From: Chrysomallon squamiferum
Lineage: Eukaryota > Animalia > Mollusca
Reading direction: 5' to 3'
DNA: 64,000 nt
Assembly (NCBI GenBank): GCA_012295275.1
Contig: CM022672.1
Location: forward strand, 6,014,001-6,078,000
The notes beneath the pieces were generated by a model. That model was not told where the DNA came from. It did no database searches and saw only the letters and a program-made list of their open reading frames with translations. Shown piece after piece: positions 57,019 through 64,000 of the stretch. Both the position numbers and the translations under genes were made by a program. The stretch's first letter is position 1; every line of letters starts with the position of its first letter.

Positions 57019-57299
57019 ATTTGAAAGCACCGACCACTCTCTGGCGTTACATCAGCAGTGTTGTGTCGTTATCGGATACCAGAACCTGATCTGCTGTTGG
57101 GATTTGAACTTAGTTTATTATTGACCACGAACTACAGCAGCACTGACTGTATTGTTTAATGTAATTCTCTTAGCGGTGGTCGATCATTACATTTTATTTT
57201 AATTTTTATTTTTTTTTTTTATCTTTTGTGTGGTGACATGACACGCCATGTATAGTCTTTATAAACTTAAATCTGGACACTCGGTTTTAAATGTTGTTT

Positions 57300-58110
57300 A
57301 CTAGACCTGAAAAACCGAGGTCAGCGGGCAGATAGTAGGTGCTGAAAGCCATGTCCTTCGGTATGAAATGCGTCTGGTTATAATTATGTAACTCAACCAC
57401 CCTTACCAGCGATTTGTCAGATATTTTATCTCTTCATCAACTCCTAAGACGCAGAATAAATCTTTTCAAAACCCGACAACAAATCAATCGTTTGGAGCCC
57501 ATTTATGTGCTAGCTAATCGTTGCAATTGTCTAGCGCTAAAAGGCGGTTTTCGTGTTTCTTTTGTGATAAACAAAGGTCTATTTGTGGTTAAAACCTGAA
57601 GATAATTTGTTTTGTGACATCAACACCGATGCGGTTCGTTGTGTCGACGCCAGCAACGTTGGTAGGCGACGTGTATAGCATGACGTGATTCCCTCCATGA
57701 GTCGCAGGAGCACACGAGCCGCCTTCAATGACCAGGACTCGTTTTTTTTTACTTAGTTTTTTTTACTTTTTTTTTCTTTTTTTTCCGAAGACGTGGAATT
57801 CATCTCGACAGGCGCTCGGAAAATACCCGGAGACCCGCGAGACGCTTTCTGTTTAATGATCACAGTTTGAGCGAAGAGAAACGAAACAATGCGATTGAAT
57901 TCGATAAGAAAGTTTTTTTTTAAAAGATATCTGAATGCAGTCTCGGTCCGTGTTGGTTTCATCCACCTCGCGATAACATCGTCCCGTCGTGAAGAACACA
58001 GAGGGGGACCACAGGCGGCTTGCGGAGGAAATTACCCACAAACACGAATGTGACTCACGGGCTCGACATTTCGAACAATTTAAAAAACAAATGAATACAA
58101 ATTCCTGTCA
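57300..58110. promoter_or_regulatory. GC/CpG-richer non-coding island (candidate enhancer or promoter)
   Basis: Marked CpG enrichment against AT-rich flanks; TGACGT, TGAGTC and Sox-like AACAATG (57885) motifs; no credible ORF. Confidence 0.35.
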
Positions 58111-58240
58111 AAGGGTCAGAAGTTCTAGATGAATTTACATGAATTAGCGTCTTTCTTCTTCTTCATTTTTTTTTTTTTTTTTTTTCTTTGTTCTTCTCTG
58201 TTTTATGTTTTAAAAGAAATTTATTACTATTATTACTACG

Positions 58241-58297
<57 letters not shown>

Positions 58298-58834
58298 TTT
58301 TGATAAACAATCCATGAAAATAATTAATGATGTTTAATTTTAATGCAGGAATACCATATTTAGATATAGATACACATAAACACACAAATATGAATTTCAA
58401 CAAATATATATATAAAATATTATAAAATTAACACATCTGAGCCCAATAATATAGCACTGACGTTTAATAAACAAACAAACAATGAGAATAAACAAAATCA
58501 ATACCAAAGACTTGTTTAATAGCTTCTTTTTTATTTAATTTTTTATTGGACAAAAGAAATAACATAAAAAAATAATTTCGATATTAATAATTAAAACAAA
58601 TTTATTACATTTTTAAAAAGTAAAATGAAAAGTATAATAATGAATAGAAAGTAAAATGCTCTAGCTTCATAAAATTAATTACGTTTCTTTCCCTTTTAAT
58701 TTTATTTATTTATTTATTTATTTATATTTTTTAATGTAAGTTGATGTTTATTTTTTCTTATTTATTTATTTATTTATTATTTATTTATTCAACTTTAATA
58801 ATTTTATTAATTTTATTTAATTTTATTTAATTTA

Positions 58835-58897
<63 letters not shown>

Positions 58898-59530
58898 TAT
58901 GTTTTTTTTTACTTTTTTACGTGAGTAAAATTTTAATAAATTAATGAATAAAAAATTGTGGCAATTTAAAAAAGATAAAAAAGTTTAAATTCTTTTTTCT
59001 TCTTGTTTTGGGAACTACGTTTATTTCAGACCATTTATGGACAGTTTTGGTTTTGTTTTAAAAATATATTTCAGATGAAAGATTTAACAATAGCAACAAC
59101 AATAAAACACAAACACGTTAAAAAAAGTTTAAAAAACAATAAGAAAAAAAAATAATAATAAATAAATAAATAAATAAATAAATACTATATTTCATGTTAA
59201 TTTTTGTACATTTGATACAGATTCATACTCTGATATATACTATCATACGATTTTTAATAATTTTGCTCTCTATATTAATGAAAACAAGTAAAACAGAATG
59301 ATTGTGTGTTTGTGAATATGTGCTTTGTATCATTGGTAATCGTTTATCATTCGTATGAGGAGCGGTTTTTGATATTTTAATTTAAATTACAATTTTATTA
59401 CTGTGTGTAATTAATAAAAGGGTAAATTAAGAAATAATCTGTTCTGACTGAGAAAAAAATCTTCAGAAGTTTGCTCTTGCTAACTAAAAACATGTGTGGT
59501 ACTGCATTGAACTATAACAATTTAAAAAAA

Positions 59531-59583
<53 letters not shown>

Positions 59584-59689
59584 ATGTGTATTAAAAACTA
59601 AATATCGTGTATATTATTTACGTGCCTGTATTTGTATAAGTTGTGGAAGTTTTTATTCGCAAGCATTTTGAAAGCTAATTACAGCTAAT

Positions 59690-60620
59690 TACAGCTGATA
59701 CGTTCTGGGTGTTTAGTGTAGAATAATGAAACCTGTAACCGTGGCATGAAAGACCATATCAGCATTCTGCCTCACGTTACCTACTCAAATGACCCGCCTC
59801 GTCATTGAACACTTGCAAATTTTGCTTAAACTGGCTCGGAGAGCTGGAAATCAATCTCGCCGGCTCTTTTTACCATCTGCGAATCAAAACAACACCTCTT
59901 TAAGAGTCATTCATCGGAAAACGTCCAATATGCTTGAATATGAACATAATCGCTTATTAAGAAGTCCTTGCCATGACGATGTCACATATGTAAAGGCAAT
60001 AAGGACGTTGTAAACCTTTTCAATGCCGACGTCCTGTCGCTCTAAATTCCTCATCGATCCATTGACGAGAACAAGCGCTTCGCACTTGACAAACAATGCC
60101 GCTGCCGGTCGGCCAATAACATGGCACATAGAAGAATTTCCCAAATCCTGCAGATGTACAATCTGAGAAAATTGACTTTATGACATAGCTGAGTGGGCTT
60201 TGTGTCGGATCGTTCAATGCGAATTAAGACCCGGGATCGCTTTCTATGTTCACAATTAAACTACAATGCAGACCCGCCGCTGGATGAGAGCGAAGACTCT
60301 GTTACCGCTGCTCTTACAGGAGTTTATTGGGTTCATATAATTACAATATTTATTAGGGGGAAACAAACGTTCTTGTTGGTCGTTCTAGTCGACACATTCT
60401 GTAAGAAGGCGGTTTTATAAAGATGGTCGTGTTTTATTGAAAGTCGTCGAAAACCGCGCGTGTTGGCCCTTGCCCCCTTTTTTCAGGCAAGCGTGTTTTC
60501 ACGCTGCGCGCTACAATACGACTATATTATAGTCAGGTAACTTCTTTACAACCTGCCAAGATCGTTTCGTTTTGCACCCAGTACTACCCCAGAGCTTTCA
60601 TGGGGAATTAGTTGTCATTT
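59690..60620. promoter_or_regulatory. GC/CpG-richer non-coding island (candidate enhancer, promoter or first exon)
   Basis: AACAATG 60092, CCAAT 60113, minus-strand TATAAAA ~60418-60412, possible minus-strand donor TAG|GTAACG ~59781; no credible ORF. Confidence 0.35.
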
Positions 60621-60714
60621 TCTGCTCTTTTCTGTTCATCCAGAAAAGAAAGATTGTGCGAAAGATTTTTTCTTTTTTTTTTCTTTTTTTTTCGGTGTCA
60701 AGCAATATAGGAGC

Positions 60715-60995
60715 TCCTCCTTTGGCAGAATTTCGTAGAAAATAATAATAAAGTAAATAATGATAAAATCGGTGGAGATGTTTTCTTAAAGTGAATAATG
60801 GTAAAAGTCTATGAAGATGATTTCTTGACTAAAATTAAAGGCAAGGTCTATGAAAAGTTTCTTAAGGAAAATAAAAGTTAACTCTATGGAGGAAACTTCT
60901 TAAAAAAATAATAATAGGGAAGTCCAAAGGGTCGATTTTTTAAAGTAAATACGTATAATGGTAATTTTATGGAGAAGATTTCTGAGATCTAATAA
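60715..60995. repeat. Degenerate ~39-bp tandem repeat, ~6-7 copies
   Basis: Recurrent TCTATG(G/A)AG..GATTTCTTAAAG..AATAATGGTAA blocks. Confidence 0.65.
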
Positions 60996-61679
60996 TACAG
61001 ATTTTACATTTCAGATTGCAGAACATTCGACTTATATGAAAAGGGCTATCTGTAATTAAAATATTTTATCGTGAAACAAATCTTACTGCTGCCACAGTAT
61101 ATGAAATATTTTAATTAATTTAACTGTCTTACTGATTTTATTATTTCTACTGTTGTTCGATGTTCTATTAAAACATTTACTTAGTGACAGACGATTATGT
61201 AAAAATGTAATAAACTGAATAAATATTAAATATTTGGATTTGTCGAGATAATTCAATAATGAGGAAACATGAAAAAGAAATCGAATACTGAATTACAAAT
61301 GTTATCTATTCAGCAAATAATTGTCCTTTTGTCACGATAAAATAGAAAATTTTGAACAAAAACAAAAACAAGATAGAAATAAAATAAATGGTTATACCAG
61401 TTTCTTTTTTTTTTTTTTTTTTTTTTTTTTTTCATAGCATATTTAAAAAGATATTTTATTTTATTTTATTATTTTTTTTTTTTTTTTTTATTATTATTAT
61501 TATTATTTTTAATTTATTTAATATGGTTTTTTGGTTTTTTTTTTTTTTTTTTTTTTTTTTTACTGTCATAATTGATTGTAAAGATTTTCCCCGTTCTTTT
61601 GTTTGATTCATTTTTTGTTGTTTTTTTTGTTTTTCAATCAGGATTTTAATTCTATTAACTTCGTACACGGGAGGTAAAT

Positions 61680-62290
61680 CAGATGTACCTTCTCTGTGTG
61701 TGTGTAATTGTATTTACGAGGGGTTTTGTATTTAAAAGTTTATTCAGTACAAGCAAACCTCTGCAGTGTTGGCGTCACCGACTCACGTCTCCCACTGAGG
61801 CAGACGTCGGTGTACGCCACGTTGTGACAGACATAAGCGAGTCGACAACATGGTCGATGACTCCGCACAATTGCGTGCACCAAGAATCACCCCGCAGGCG
61901 CAAAGGGCGTGTAACTAGCTTGCAATAGCTGATTCAATATTTATATAGCGTTACGCGGGGAAAGGTACAGAACGGCACCAAAAAAAATAACAGCTAACAG
62001 TGATGAAGCCTTTTTCATATTTCCAAAGCAGACGATTACAGTTTTAATTTTATATTTTTGACAACCCTTTATCGAATCCGCTCGTTCGAAATAAGACTTC
62101 TTTCTGTTATATATTAAATGTCGGGTTTAACACTTAGGGCGTCAATGCTGATCTCGCAGACAGATAATACGTCAGAAAATAGGTTCGTCGGTGTATTACA
62201 TTAACAGAATTAGCTAACTTATGTATTGGAAACTTCACAAAGGGGAGATCATCTCATTATCAACTGATCTCACACACGTTTACGTTAGCT
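61680..62290. promoter_or_regulatory. Third CpG-richer non-coding island
   Basis: CpG-dense non-repetitive sequence between simple repeats; the 81-aa ORF there has no protein-like features. Confidence 0.3.
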
Positions 62291-62335
62291 TGTTATTCTT
62301 TTATTCTTTGTAAAGAAAAGAAAAAGAAAATGGAC

Positions 62336-62402
62336 ATAATGATAATAAAAATAATAATAACAATACTACTACTACTACTACTACAACTACTACTACTACT
62401 AT

Positions 62403-62441
<39 letters not shown>

Positions 62442-62459
62442 AACTACTACTACTACTAT

Positions 62460-62501
<42 letters not shown>

Positions 62502-62960
62502 AACTACTATTAATAATAATAATAATAATAATAACAATAATAAATAATAATAACAACAATACTACTACTACTACTAATAATAATAATAATAACAATAATA
62601 AAAAATAATAACAACAATACTACTAATACTAATACTAATACTACTAATACTAATACTACTACTACTAATATTAATAATAATAACAATAATAATAATAACA
62701 ACAATAATGATGATGAATATGATGATGATGATGATGTTATTTATTTTCTTTTTTCCTAAATCAAAACATTAATTAATTACTATGGCCTAATGTGCAGATT
62801 CTTTCTCAAATATTGTACCATTCATACACGCAGACACGCACACACACACACACACACATGCTTACACACATACATACACACACACATACATATACACATA
62901 CATACATACATACATACACATATATATATATATAAACATACATACATACATACTAACATG
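62336..62960. repeat. (AAT/CTA/GAT)n and (CA/CATA)n microsatellites
   Basis: Direct reading. Confidence 0.9.
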
Positions 62961-63744
62961 CACAGATTCATATAGTATTTTCAGTATAACTGAATTATAC
63001 TTTGAGGCTATAATAAATAGCTTATTTCCGTGTAGTTATTACTAGTACGTTTGGAATTTACTTTACAGACATATCAGAAATGCTTGTCCTCCAATCAAGC
63101 AAACAGAAATGCTATTTATCATATTTCCTAAATGGTTGTTGTCGTAAACGTAAAGTGAACAATTGTAAATTACCTGGATTATTTTTGGTATAATGTATTA
63201 TTCAGACTTTATGAGTTTATCTCTTGAGCAGAAAGTGGCTGTTCTTTGTAAAGATAAAAAAAAATTCTCTTTTCTTTTACTGTTTTATTTTATTTTTATT
63301 GTTATTTATTTATTTATTCCTTTATTTATTTATTTTTTTTTTGTTTTGTTTTGTTTTGTTTCGTTTATTTATTTATTTATTTAATTTTATTTAATTGTAT
63401 TTATTTATTTTAAAAAAAAATGTTTTCATTATTATTATTATTATTATTTTTATATACAAGATGAAAAACAATTGTGACATCATCATTAATCCATGAAGAA
63501 CGAAAAAAATAAATGAAACAAGAACAAATTAACTGTGTCTCATTTTCTTTAAACTTCATGCAAATTTTTTTATTCTTTTAGCAACATACAATTTTATACG
63601 TAATTTTTGTAAAGTGAACATTTAGAATTGCGATCTTTGTACGAGATCCGATAAAACTGGAAGGTGAAAGAATCTTTAGTAAACATTCCAGTAAACATAG
63701 TAAAACATATTGTTTTGACTTTGTTTAATTTATTTATTTATGAA

Positions 63745-63775
<31 letters not shown>

Positions 63776-64000
63776 TATTATTGTTCTTTTTATTATTGTT
63801 GTTGTTGTTGCTGTTATTGTTCGTATTATTATTATTACTATTATTATTATTGTTATTATTAGTATTGTTGTTATTATTACTATCATTATTGTTGTTATTG
63901 TTGTTAATTCATTTCTTTCTCTTTTTTTGTGAAATATAAAAGTGATATAATATAATTTTTATTATCTTTTAATAAATACATAAATAGATAGACAGACCGA

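Noticed and set aside
57630-57670. TTCGTTGTGTCGACG resembling miR-76/981
   Set aside because: It diverges from the recalled mature sequence and only a short stem can form.

Overview
AT-rich, microsatellite-dense, intron-containing animal DNA. It is probably molluscan; one dispersed repeat resembles, from memory only, a gastropod SINE-like family. Most ORFs in the supplied track are simple-repeat artefacts. Manual splicing (GT-AG, phase-checked) gives: (1) a minus-strand 436-aa secreted pro-protein with a C-terminal cystine-knot-like domain (Trunk/PTTH/noggin/IL-17-like); (2) NHLRC2 (minus, 10 coding exons, 704 aa); (3) a tandem minus-strand trio of small paralogs, two encoding N-terminal membrane anchor + C-terminal RING-HC proteins (123 and 141 aa) and a middle copy reduced to a 39-aa TM-only peptide, with a decayed Tigger/pogo transposon inside the cluster and IRF/STAT/NF-kB-like motifs at their 5' ends; (4) SURF1 (plus, 9 exons, 289 aa), head-to-head with the third paralog; (5) a 541-aa coiled-coil + C-terminal death-domain protein; and (6) about 13 kb with no detectable gene but several GC/CpG-richer islands. 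The TM-RING mini-cluster is the best candidate for an undescribed system. No database searches were possible, so family calls rest on recalled motifs.
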